Below are positions 46,196 through 57,593 of a DNA stretch of 64,000 bases, in pieces. The translations under genes were made by a program, and so were the position numbers. Under the pieces are notes generated by a model, which saw nothing but the letters and a program-made list of their open reading frames with translations, searched no databases and was not told the origin of the DNA. This stretch comes from Azolla caroliniana (taxonomy: Eukaryota; Plantae; Polypodiophyta), in NCBI GenBank assembly GCA_043228905.1, contig JBHGNT010000001.1:20336001-20400000 (forward strand). Reading direction: 5' to 3'. Position 1 is the first letter of the stretch. Each line of letters opens with the position of its first letter.

Positions 46196-47093
46196 TGTTG
46201 TAGTGTAATTCACACACTATGTGAAAATTGCATTTTTGTCCCTTCGGATGGGACAAGGAGGAACCGGTAAGGAGAACCGGTGAGAACTGGATGAAGGAGG
46301 CACCGGTAAGGAGGAACTGGTGAGAACCGGATGAAGGAGGAACCGGTAAGGAAGACCCGGTAAGGAGCCGGTGAGAACCGGTAAGGAGGATCCGGTAAGG
46401 AAACCTAGTAAGAACCGGATCAAGGAGCCGAATAAAGAAGGCCAGTGAGAGTCTCTCACCGGATGAAGAGACAAATTTGTAAATAAAAGAAAAGATTGTT
46501 ACGTGCATAGGGTAGGATTCAAACCCTATACCTCCACCTAGATAAACCCCAACCTTACCATTGTACTAACTTATCCTAAATGTTCTGAATATAGATTAAA
46601 TACGTATAAGACCTTTATTTACGCCTACCTTTATTAAAAGGTAAGTCATGCATTTTTAGACTGGGTGAATACTTTATTTATAAGAAAAATGTACACTAGT
46701 AAAAAATTACTCGTGCACATCCAGTGAGCATGAGCACTATATTTAGGAAATAAAAGCATAGTGTAAAAGGCAACTCATGCACATTTAGTGTGCATGAACA
46801 CTTTAGAAAAAGCATGAAGCTATGCTTAGCCTCTTCCATCCTTATATAAGGAGGAGAGAAAGATGTATGGGTTATTGATTATTTTACAAGGATTGATCAA
46901 TCTAATATATTCGTGGGATTCACAAGTTTATCATCAAAATTCTCTTTCTTACAATCTAAATATTGATTAAATACACTAAACACGTGGAATTCACGATATT
47001 CATAACTTACCACTCTTTCTACCTATTCATTACTAGCCTTATCTGATATTCTTCTTTCTCCTCGTCCAAAACCTCAGTGGTTCCCACCCGACA
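46196..47093 (+). repeat. 5' LTR of G, with GAACCGGT(AAG/GAG) tandem repeats ~46256-46420
   Basis: Inverted copy of 51209-52100; TATATAAG ~46843; followed by PBS. Confidence 0.88.
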
Positions 47094-47097
47094 CACG

Positions 47098-47115
47098 TGG
47101 TGAACCCAACGTGAA
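47098..47115 (+). promoter_or_regulatory. Primer-binding site, probably tRNA-Trp
   Basis: TGGTGAACCCAACGTGAA matches, with one CpG-type mismatch, the complement of the plant tRNA-Trp 3' end as recalled (TGGTGAACCCGACGTGAA). Confidence 0.7.
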
Positions 47116-47131
47116 ACTGGGTGGCAAGGAG

Positions 47132-50100
47132 ATGGAAAATCAACCAGGAGCTAACAACATGATGGCGATGTTTGAATGGATGCTCCAAGAACAACACGCG
47201 ATGTCGGAAATTGCGGCGGCAGTAGAGCGGCTCATGCTACAGAACGGGCAATTCAAAGGGAAAGATGTGTTGCGGTATTTGCGAGATTACAAGGCGGAAA
47301 TGCTACGGTGCGGGATTTCGGAAGGATTGCAAGTGACATCCTACAACCGGGTGGCGACCAACGGGCTTCCAAGGAATATCCACGGGATACGGCATCAAAA
47401 TCCGACGTGGGAGGCATTTGAAGAGGCGCTAAAGACCACGTTCGCCATCGAGGACTCCTCCAAGGAAACGAGGAGGGGGTTCGAAGATTGGGTGGAAACA
47501 ATGGATAAGGGGATGAAGGTCCTCGATGTGTTTTCGTCATTTCAAAAGTCGGTTCGGGAGGTTGTTTGTGAGAGATCAAGCTATCCTCGCATCGGACAAA
47601 GTGATCATTTTCCTTCAAGCTGTGGAGATCCAGGACCGGAAAGATCTTGGAGTGGTTTTGGAGGATACGATCACTGAGAGTGGCCTCACCGAAACATGGG
47701 AAAAGCGTGCAGGATATTGTCGCGCGTAACACGAAGAGGGGGCAATGGCTTTGGTAGCGAAGAAAAGAGGGTTTCAGAACCGATTCCGAAGCCGAGATCT
47801 GGATTGGAAGACCATCAACCGAGGGCTCGGGAGACTACGACGGAGAAGGGAATTGATGCAACCACAGTGGAGCGGTTGCTGAAAGAAATGGAGAATCTGA
47901 AAATCGTGATGGTAAAGAAGTCAGATGACCGTATCACAAGCTCCAAGTATATGGACCGTCGGTGCATATGGTGCGATAACACTGAACATGATCGGAGGGA
48001 TTGCGACAAGCACAAGGAGGCGTTACAACGGGATCTTATCTACTATGAGGGAAATCGGATCCATTCGATGGACTCTCGGATACCACTCCAACCGAACTTC
48101 CGGAAAGGCGGCATGAAGAAGGTCCTAGAGGAGGAGATCGCGGCGAAAAACAATTATGCGACAACCGCGGGAATACATGTGGGGGAGTCATCTAGAGCAA
48201 AGGCGTCTTTTTGGCCGGAAGTGCTAGAAATTTCGAAGAAAGCCGACCATGATAAAATCCGAAGTGCTGCGGAATGTATCCGGGAAGGTACGGGATGTGA
48301 GTACCCTATAGATAATGTTAGGATTTCGGTCCCTCCGGATAGGATATGAGTACCCGGCAACGGAAGACTTGGTGAGAACCAGATGATGAGTACCCAGCAA
48401 GGAAGATCTGGTGAGAACCGGATCATGAGTACCCGACAAGGAAGACTAGGTCTCACCGGATGAAAGGACATATATGGAAATATGTTTCTGAGAGCCCATT
48501 GGGGCCATATCTGTAAATAGTCGTAATGTCATATTAGTATAAATATGACCTAGGGCAAACAATGTGTATCATTGTGTAGTTATTATTTTGTATAGAGTTA
48601 TTTGTGTAGCTGTTGTACAAAGTGTAGCAGAAGAAAAGAGAGAGAGAGAGAGAGAGAGACAGTGTGAGTCTCTGTTGTAACCACCGCCAGGCGAAGATTG
48701 AGATGAGAGTAAGAGGTCGTGGCCTCTGTGTTCATCTGTTGTATTCCTCTCTACATAGTCATAGTTGGAGTTTGGGGACTCTCGTGGTTTTTCCCGTTTA
48801 GAGTTTTCCACGTTAACATCCTATGCATTCCCTTCAATCTATGTACCTACTTCCATTTCTTATCTTTCTGTGTTTGATTATCATCGAAGTGATCTAAGTC
48901 TCGGTTGTGGCCAAATATTATTCTGCATAGTTCCTGTCAGATAAGAATAGGGTACATGCGCTATGTCAATTGCATGAAGTGTATGTGGATGAAAAACGAC
49001 GACGCACGGATGATGCGGCTGGACCATCAAAGACGCCGAAGAAATGGAACTTGGAAGGGAAGGGGAAAGGAAAAACAATTCCGGCATTCAAACTCACTTC
49101 GGACATCAAACAATAGACGGATCTAAAGAAGGTGTTCGAAGAGAGAATCCTTGATAGTAGGGTGGCATTTTCGCTTCGGGAATTACTCGAAATAGCGAAG
49201 GAGTTCCACGATCTTCTTGTGGATCTCGTGAAGAGAAAAAGACAAAATACGGAGGAAAATGCTCCAAGGGTGAATGTGAAGACCATTGTAATGAACGTCA
49301 CGGAAGTGGAGGATGAAATACCGAACTGCCACTACACAAGGCCACACTGGGCACATGCAACTATGGAGACCCCAGTCTGAATCGGCAACATCAAAGAGCC
49401 CGTGCTAGCATTGATTGATCATGCATCGGAGATCAATTTGATGTCCAAGGAGTTCTACCGGAAGGGGAAGTGGCCTATAAACACTAACCATGGGTGGAAG
49501 ATCCGGGCAGCCACTAAAGCAACGAAAGATCTATTTGCGGCTTGTCCGGATGTGACAGTGAAGATCGGGGATGTTGAGATCAACTAAAATTTCTTCGTAC
49601 AAAACGAGGTCTCACATTCTATGATCCTTGGGAAACCCTTTATCACGGCTTCACGGATGGAGACAAATTTGCTCGATAGCGGTGCGACTTTCGCACGAAT
49701 TCGGAGTCAAAGCGGAGGGAAATTCGTCCAATTCCTAACAGTGCCGGCAAATCATGAAAGGAACAAGACAGAACTCTTGTCCCAAACAAGGATGGCTTTT
49801 TAGAGCGGACTATTGCGGAGTGGGGAAGTGATAGTCGAAGAAGCCCTTATACCCCACACAAGACGAAAACTCTCGGAGCAAAACAAGTACGAATCGGTCC
49901 GGATGGGGCATCTCCGTACACGGCCATAACGGGAGGAATGAAGAAAGAATACCGAAAAGTAGAGGATAAGTTGCGATCGGCATCAATAATAGAAGAAGAA
50001 AAAGAAATCGTGGGGGTAATCGAAGAAGTGTTCTATGGGAGCACGCTACAACGGCTTGAAGAGCTTGTGGAGGATAAAAGCCAAGGAGACCGGGTAGTCC

Positions 50101-51190
50101 CAGTAGAAACGGTCGAGATGTATGAGATCATTGCAAAAATGGGGCCGGATGCGCTCCGCAAAGGAGAAGCAATGGTAAGTACAAAACACAAGACCATGGA
50201 GAAGAAAGTGAAACTAGCCATGGGACCGTTACCCGCCGATAGTGAGCAAAAGAGGAAAGAAGTCTCGGGAGATCCGACACTTCGGAAGTACGTGGATATC
50301 GGACATGCCTTCACGGATGAGACCCGGAAGAAACTTTGGATCAGTGGAGGTGGTTTCCTTTTACAAATTGAAGAAGAACGATTCCGTGGGATATTGGAAC
50401 AACATGGGAAAGCATTTGCATTCACATCGAAGGAGATAGGGTGCGTTGATCCCAAGATAGTGGAGCTGATGGTGATCTTCACGATTGACCATGTGCCATG
50501 GAACCTGAAGCTGATTCCGGTGTAGCGGGCGCATATTCCCAAAATCATCGACTTGTTCAAGGGGAAGGTGGCGATGGGCATTCTAGAGCCATCAAACGCT
50601 CCGTACTCAAATCGAGGGTTTATGGTTCCGAAGAAGAATGGGTCACTCCGATTTATCCAAGACTTGCAACCGCTGAACAAGGTCACGATCCGGAACTCCG
50701 GAGTCGGTCTGATAGTGGACGAATTTGCGGAAGCATTTGCCGGACGCGCGATATACTCCATCGGAGACCAATACTGCGGTCTGGGTATGACCAATTCCAA
50801 CTAGCCGTGGAGAGCCGAGACATCACTACCATGAGGACACGGATAGGATTAGTCTGAATGTGCACACTACCACAAGGAGCGACAAACTCGGTTGCACATA
50901 TGATGAACGCGATGAACAAGGTGCTTCGAGATTGCATTCCAGAGATAACGATGCCATTCCTAGATGACATTCCGATGAAAGGATGTGCGGTAGAAGAAAA
51001 AGATGAAACTATGGATGATCGGGGATGCCGAAAGTTCGTAGTTGACCATATTTGTGATGTGCACCTAACACTTTCCGGGGAGAAATCGGCATTCGGCCAA
51101 GAGGAGATATTGGTAGTCGGACATCTATGTGGGCCCTACGGCCAAAGACCGTCACGAACCAAGATCGATGCAATTCAAGCTACGAAAGTC
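47132..51190 (+). pseudogene. pol: G gag-protease (to 49803) and RT (from ~49800), truncated before RNase H
   Basis: ORF fragments 47111-47677, 47696-48315, 49132-49803, 49938-50525, 50553-50804, 50858-51190. Confidence 0.88.
48316..48939 (+). mobile_element. Solo LTR (624 bp) of an unidentified family inserted in G gag
   Basis: TG...CA termini; perfect TSD GATAA (48311-48315 / 48940-48944); gag frame resumes DKNRVHALC; three ~40-bp tandem repeats 48346-48463; TATAAATA ~48538. Confidence 0.9.
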
Positions 51191-51208
51191 ACAATCCAAA
51201 GTCACTTG

Positions 51209-52100
51209 TGTCGTGGCTTTCGGCTTCAGATCGTTGCATGAGTCGGGTGGGAACCACTGCGGTTTTGGACTAGGAGAAAGAGGAATATGAGATAAGGCTA
51301 GTAATGAATAGGTAGAAAGTGTGGTAAGATATGAATGTCGTGAATTCCACGTGTTTAGTGTATTTAATCAATATTTAGATTGTAAGAAAGAGAATTTTGA
51401 TGATAAACTCGTGAATCCCACGAATATATTAGATTGATCAATCCTTGTAAAATAATCAACAACCCATACATCTTTCTCTCCTCCTTATATAAGGATGGAA
51501 GAGGCTAAGCATAGTTTCATGCTTTTTCTAAAGTGTTCATGCGCACTAAATGTGCATGAGTTGTCTTTTACACTATGCTTTTATTTCCTAAATATAGTGC
51601 TCATGCTCGCTAGATGTGCACGAGTAAATTTTTACTGGTGTACATTTTTCTTATAAATAAAGTATTCACGCATTCTAAAAATGCATGACTTACCTTTTAA
51701 TAAAGGCAGGCTTAAATAAAGGTCTTATATGTATTAAATCTATATTTAGAACACTTAGGATAAGTTAGTACAATGGTAAGTTTGGGGTTTGTCTAGGTGG
51801 AGGTATAGGGTTCAAATCTTGCCCTATGCACGTAACACTCTTTTCTTCTATTTACAAATTTTCCTCTGCATCTGGTGAGAGACTCTCACCGGCCTTCTTT
51901 ATCCGACTCCTTGATCAGGTTCTTACTGGGTCCTCCTTACTGGTCCCTCCATCCGGTTCTCACCGGTTCTCCTTACCAGTTCCTCTTTGCCGGTTCCTCC
52001 TTCATCCGGTTCTCACCGCTTCTCCTTACCGGTTCCTCCTTGTCCCATCCGGTGGGACAAAAATGCAATTTTCACGTAGTTTGCGAATTACACTACGACA
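51209..52100 (-). repeat. Inverted LTR of G family
   Basis: Minus-strand TGTCGTAG...CCACGACA; roughly 90% similar by eye to 46196-47093. Confidence 0.9.
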
Positions 52101-52148
52101 ACGTGTATAGAATACTACGGTACATTCTGACCACGAGATATTATATGG

Positions 52149-55100
52149 TCATGCCCGTAACATACTTCCCCTCTTTAAAACATTGCACTCTTGCAATGGA
52201 AAGTTAGGGAAGTTAGTTCTGAGAGAATTTTCGCGTGCCCAAGTGGCATCTCTTATTGATTTATCCATCCACTTTATTTTAAATTCTCGTATTTCTTTAG
52301 TACGTAATTTTTTTGTTTTAACATCGAGAATTCTTTCTGGTACATGTGGTTTAGAAGATAATTCTTCAGAAGTAACCAGAGTTTCCACTGTAACTGTATT
52401 GTCACTAGAACCTAGAAGTTCTTTTAGACGACTCACATTAAAAACTAGATGAATTTGAAGACCATTGGGAAGAGTGACACGATAGGCTGATGACCCAATG
52501 CATTTGAGGACAGTAAAAGGTCCACAAAACCATGGGGCTAACTTAGCGCACTTACCCTTAGACAAAGTCTTAGAATTGTGAGGTACGCGTAAAAATACCT
52601 TCTATCGAGGGTTGAATACACAAGGTTGCCTATGATGATCGTCATAAAAACACGCTCTATCTTGAGCTGTTTTTATATTATCTTGTGCAATATGCAACAT
52701 ATCTTGCATATCCCGAAGAAAGTTTTGCGTAGTTCGCAACTCATCATGATGTATATTAACATCAATCGCGACTCGTGGTTGAAAACTATACATCAACATA
52801 AAAGGACTATATCTCGTTGATGTATGCTTGGAGTTGTTATAAGCAAACTCCAAATTTGGGAGATAACGTTACCATTTTGTTGGTTTTGTACCAACGTATG
52901 CTCGAAGCATATCCCCAATACTTTGATTTACTCGTTCTGTCTATCCATTGGATTGAGGATGATCCGTGGAGGTCATGCTCAATGTAGTTTCTAATTTCTT
53001 AAAGACTTGCGTCTAGAAGTCAGTAGTAAATTTTGGATCTTGATCACTCATGATATCTATCGGTAACCCATAAAAACGAAATAACTCATCAACGAATTGG
53101 TAAGCTAATTTAGGAGCTGTTACCGTGGTTTTAGTAGCAATAAATCTGGCCATTATAGTTAGTCTATCAACCACAACCCAGATGGCATCATGACCTTTTT
53201 GGGTGCGAGGAAGGCAAACAATATAATCCATGGATATACTTTTCCACTTATTATTGGGAATGTCATGGGGATGTAAAGGTCTTGTTGCTTTAAGCCACTC
53301 GGCTTTGTTAACTTGACATTGGTGACATTTAGTCACATAGCTATGTATGTCAGGACACATCTTACGCCAATAGAATTGAGTGGAGATGAGAACGAGTGTA
53401 CGATGTATTCCAAGATGCCCTGCCAAGGGTGCATCATGGCATTAAAAAAGAATTCTCTTTTTGACCTCAGGCAAATCTGGAACACAAACAGTCCCATTAC
53501 GGTAGAGCAGACCATTAGCAATGTGGAAGGATTCCTTTGAGGATGTGGTGGTGTTTGTTCTAGACTCAACTCTTGCCCATAATTTCGCAAAATAACTGTC
53601 ATCAGGATACTTTCCTCGAAGGTGATCATAAAGATCTTCTGTTATTTCAGTGAAGCTAAGCATGTGAACGTCACGGATGCGACTTAGTGCATCAACGACA
53701 GACTTCATGGAATCTTTATGATATTGTATGGAAAAATCAAAGTCCTGGATAAGATCAGCCCATCATGCCTTACGACCTTTTAGGTCTTGTAGATCACAAA
53801 AATATTTCAAGGACTCGTTGTCCATAGTTACCACAAAGCGATTTCCATAAAGATAATGGCGCCATGTTTTGAGTGCATATATAGGGGCAAATAACTCCTT
53901 TTCTTGAACGGTATACCGACATTGAGCAGAATCAAGTTTCTTGCTCTCGAATTTTATTGGTTTACCATCTTGATAGAAGAAAACACCTATAGCATAATCG
54001 CTTGCATCGGTTTCAACCTTAAAAGGTTTTGAAGGATTAGGTAAAGGAAGTAAAGGAACCTTGCACACTAGGTACTTGAGTTCCTTAAAGGCGAGGTCTA
54101 GTGTTGCATTCCAGACAAAAGGTTTTGTAGACTTACACGTTTGACGTTTTAGAAGATCAGTAAACAACGTTGTCAATTGGGAGTAATTACGAAGGGATTT
54201 TCGCAAAAATCCGACCAAACCAAGGAATGATTGAACTTCTCGAATATTCCGAACAGTGGGCCAAAGCTTGATTTTCTCGATGCGAGAAGAATCAATTTCA
54301 AATCCTCGTTCGGTTATGAGATGTCCATGATAAGTAATTGATTTCTTGAAGAACTCACATTTTGAAATCTTCGCATAAAACTATTTGTCACGCAATGTTT
54401 GTAAAACAAAGCGAACATGTTTAACATGTTCTTGTAATGTACGACTATAAACTAAAATATCATCCAAGAAAATAACGACAAATTTTCCAAGTTGTTCTCA
54501 GAAAATGTCATTCATTTCTTGTTGAAATGTAGTCGGAGCTTTGGTCAAACCAAAAGGCATAACTAAAAACTCATACAAAATGTTGTTTTAGGAACATCGT
54601 CCTCACTTATACGAATTTAATGGTAGCCAGTACAGAAATCAAGTTTTGTAAAATAACGAGCTCCTTGGAGACGGTCAATTAGATCATTAGCCCGGGGCAA
54701 TGGATACGAATTCTTGATCGTCACTTTATTCAAGCGTCGGTAATTAATACACATACGCCATGTGCGCTCTTTCTTTTTAACCAAGAGAATTGGTGCACCC
54801 CATGGAGATTGACTTATATAACCCATTCGTAAATAGTCCTTGAGTTGCTTAGATACCTCATCCTCTTCGAATTGACTTAAGCGATAAGGAGGTATACTTA
54901 TTGGTGCAATGCCAGGTACAATATGTATACGATGGTCTATATTATGTTTAGGAGGTAACCCATTTGGTAGTTCACTCGGAAAAAAAATCACGAAAATCAT
55001 TTAAAATTTCATCAAGTTGTTGTTCAAAATATGTTAATTGAACCAAAACATTATCGATATTGTAAACGTGAATGTCCGAATCAGGTACACAATAAAATAG

Positions 55101-55592
55101 AGTAGAACAAGACAACTCGGATATTGATGGAGAGGAGACAATCTAGAGGGATTGTTTTTTTACACATTGAATAAAATGAGTACAATCGTTCAGTACAAAA
55201 GTTATTGAATGATGAACCCAATCAATAGATAAAGAAGAGTTATTATTATAGAACCAGGGATAACCCAGTATTACATCAGTAGTACAATGATTCGTTACAT
55301 GGAAGTCTACTTCCTCTATATAAGTATCAATAGAAATTTCTAATGAAGGATTCGCCTTGTTGATGTATTGTACTCTTCCATCAGCCAAGTGCACCGTATA
55401 GGTGTGATCACTTACGGTGGGTTGGATTCCCCATATCTGAACCAAAGGATCATTCACAAAGTTGTATGAACTTCTCGAATCAAACAAAAATTGTATCGGA
55501 GATCCATTGATATACTCATTTGCACGTACTAAATCACTGAGCGGATGACATTGGGTCGTTATTTTGAGCCATTGAATGGTTATTTTTGGCAA
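52149..55592 (-). pseudogene. pol: H pol (PR, RT, RNase H, integrase, chromodomain), decayed
   Basis: [47 protein letters not shown]...FKIKW...ATW. Confidence 0.93.
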
Positions 55593-56789
55593 AGAAATAG
55601 GGTAAGGTCAGACAAATAGTCATAACATCATGTCGTGATGTAAACATATCATGGGCAAACATTAATCAATATCATGATCTCACGTGAATACCCCTCTAGA
55701 CGTATGAGATGAGGTTCAAGATCAGGTTACTATGGTAACACAAAGGTGTTTTAAAAACCATGGGGGTGACAAATAAATTTCTTTCCCTGATCTCTATATC
55801 GATTTTTTTCATGGTGACTCCCCAAGGCTCAACCATGTATGTTCGCGTCATGAATAGTTTATACACAAAAAAAATGTTAACAATAAACTATGTTTCGGTG
55901 CCCACATATGTGGCTTCGGCTCTTTAAGTCCTATTACGAGGACCCCAAAGTGCACTTAGACCTCAAGTCTAAAAATGTGTTATAGTCATATGTATCAAGA
56001 ACAAGAACAAATGCATTAAACACTTCAGTTTACAAATTAGGTTGCTCTTTTTGAATGTTTAATGTTTCATGCATATAATCGATATGCAAGGCATTTGCCC
56101 ATATATGTTTTCTTAAAAGAAACATATATGTCAAGAGTCCTTATTTCCCCCTCGTTTACCACAAACTTTGTTGGTACGTTACCTAACCTCAAGTCTCGTA
56201 ATTACGATGGCATACGCCAAAGTGCAACCTAATGGTGAAGCCAAATGAGCCCTCTTTTTGTAGTAGGCCCACGTGGCCCATCACATGGTTACATCATTAC
56301 GAATGCCTTTCGTAAGAATGATCTCATGGTGACATCATATCCATGTAATCAGGGAGGGATTTGGATATGTGTGTCATAGGAGCGACCTCACATGAAGTGG
56401 GTTAAACCCTACGTACTCAACACCATTGTGGATATGATTGTTTCATTACGTAACGAAATATCGAAGTGACCAACGGGGATGTCAACAAAAAATTGTTGAA
56501 AAAGGGATGGTGAAAACGCCATTCTCACAAAAATGTGAGGACAGCCACCAAGATCCTTTTCCCGACAAGGACAACATTCGATAGAAATCACATAATATCA
56601 AATATACACATATGTTTACTTATCACATATATACGATCAAATACGTATACACGTGACCACATATGTGTACATTAAACAAATCGTTACATCAAATAGCCAG
56701 AAATGATGTAATAGAGATACATAATCGAGGCATATACCCTCTACGCACACAAAACATCCAAAAATAAAGGTCCATCGTGATACGCAATT

Positions 56790-56962
56790 GAGGTATTGAC
56801 CTCTTACGCATACGAGACCAAACACATATCATTTACAACGAAATCCAGGTATTGACCTCATACGCATACATAACATATGTATGTGAGCAATTGAGGTATT
56901 AATCTCGTGCGCATACGACATTAATCACATATTCAATATATGTCAAATGAGGTATTGACCTC
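56790..56962. repeat. Four spaced copies of hairpin 14-mer GAGGTATTGACCTC in the H leader
   Basis: Copies at 56790, 56846, 56893, 56949. Confidence 0.8.
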
Positions 56963-57223
56963 ATACACATATGTAAAAATTTTATACAACCAATTAATTA
57001 CCACTACAACATCATTGAATTAATGAACAAAATTACATATAGACTATATACATGATTAGATGGGCGAAGAAAAAATAGAAAATAAATAAATAAGGAAAGA
57101 GTTACCGAAGTTCTTTGTTGATCGTTGTCTGGATCAAGGCCGACCGCACATCAATCGATCACCATCAATCAAGAACACCAAAGACAACAAAAGAAACATT
57201 AGAACATGAGCTCGGATACCAAC

Positions 57224-57593
57224 TATTAGAGATATGTACTAATGTAAGCAAAGGATAAGGATAAACGATAGATCTAGATAGAGAGGAGAGAGAGAAAGAA
57301 GGGTGCCAATCCACCCGACCACCCCCGAGCGAAGGGATCGAGACAGACTCTATCCTCGATTGGCGTCCCAACCCACCACCGTGGTGTCGAGTCATACCCG
57401 GTGCTGGTGCGCTCGCTACAAGAGTTGACCTGCCACAAGAACAGAGTCTCGACGTAGTCAAAAGATGATGAAATCAGGGTAGCTAGGCAACTTATTTATA
57501 ACGATACCCAAGGCCCCCAAGCAAGTTCACACTTGGCCTAATGGGTTGTCTCAATCCCGAGGATTAAAAGTAACCCTCCCCTTCTTTACACTC
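57224..57593 (-). repeat. 5' LTR of H, interrupted by J
   Basis: Direct repeat of 45848-46168; adjacent iMet PBS. Confidence 0.9.

Larger units (their letters stand above)
46196..52100 (+). mobile_element. Gypsy 'G' (FLDD-type lineage): LTR-PBS-gag-PR-RT(part), ending in an inverted LTR
   Basis: LTR 46196-47093 (+) and 51209-52100 (-); ACGT on both outer flanks; gag from 47132 with CIWCD..H...C; protease LIDHASE; RT MPFLDDIPMKGC. Confidence 0.88.
45848..57593 (-). mobile_element. Chromovirus 'H' (iMet-primed Ty3/Gypsy); both LTRs interrupted; no gag recognisable
   Basis: LTR copies 45848-46195 + 52105-52162 and 57224-57593; PBS TGGTATCCGAGC 57210-57221; PPT AAAGAGGGGAAG ~52165-52180; PR-RT-RH-INT-chromodomain. 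Confidence 0.9.

Noticed and set aside
46173-46508. Paired ORFs 46173-46508 (-) and 51826-52110 (+)
   Set aside because: They are translations of LTR tandem repeats, similar only because the LTRs are copies.
48346-48463. Possible CRISPR or satellite array
   Set aside because: Contiguous tandem units without unique spacers, inside a TSD-flanked solo LTR.
46196-52100. DIRS-type element or DNA transposon with long TIRs
   Set aside because: No tyrosine recombinase or transposase seen; the repeats have TG..CA LTR termini and a tRNA PBS, and relative A has a DDE integrase.
56790-56962. CRISPR-like spaced palindromic repeats
   Set aside because: Repeats are only 14 bp, the spacers resemble one another (TACGCATAC), there are no cas genes, and the context is a eukaryotic retroelement leader.
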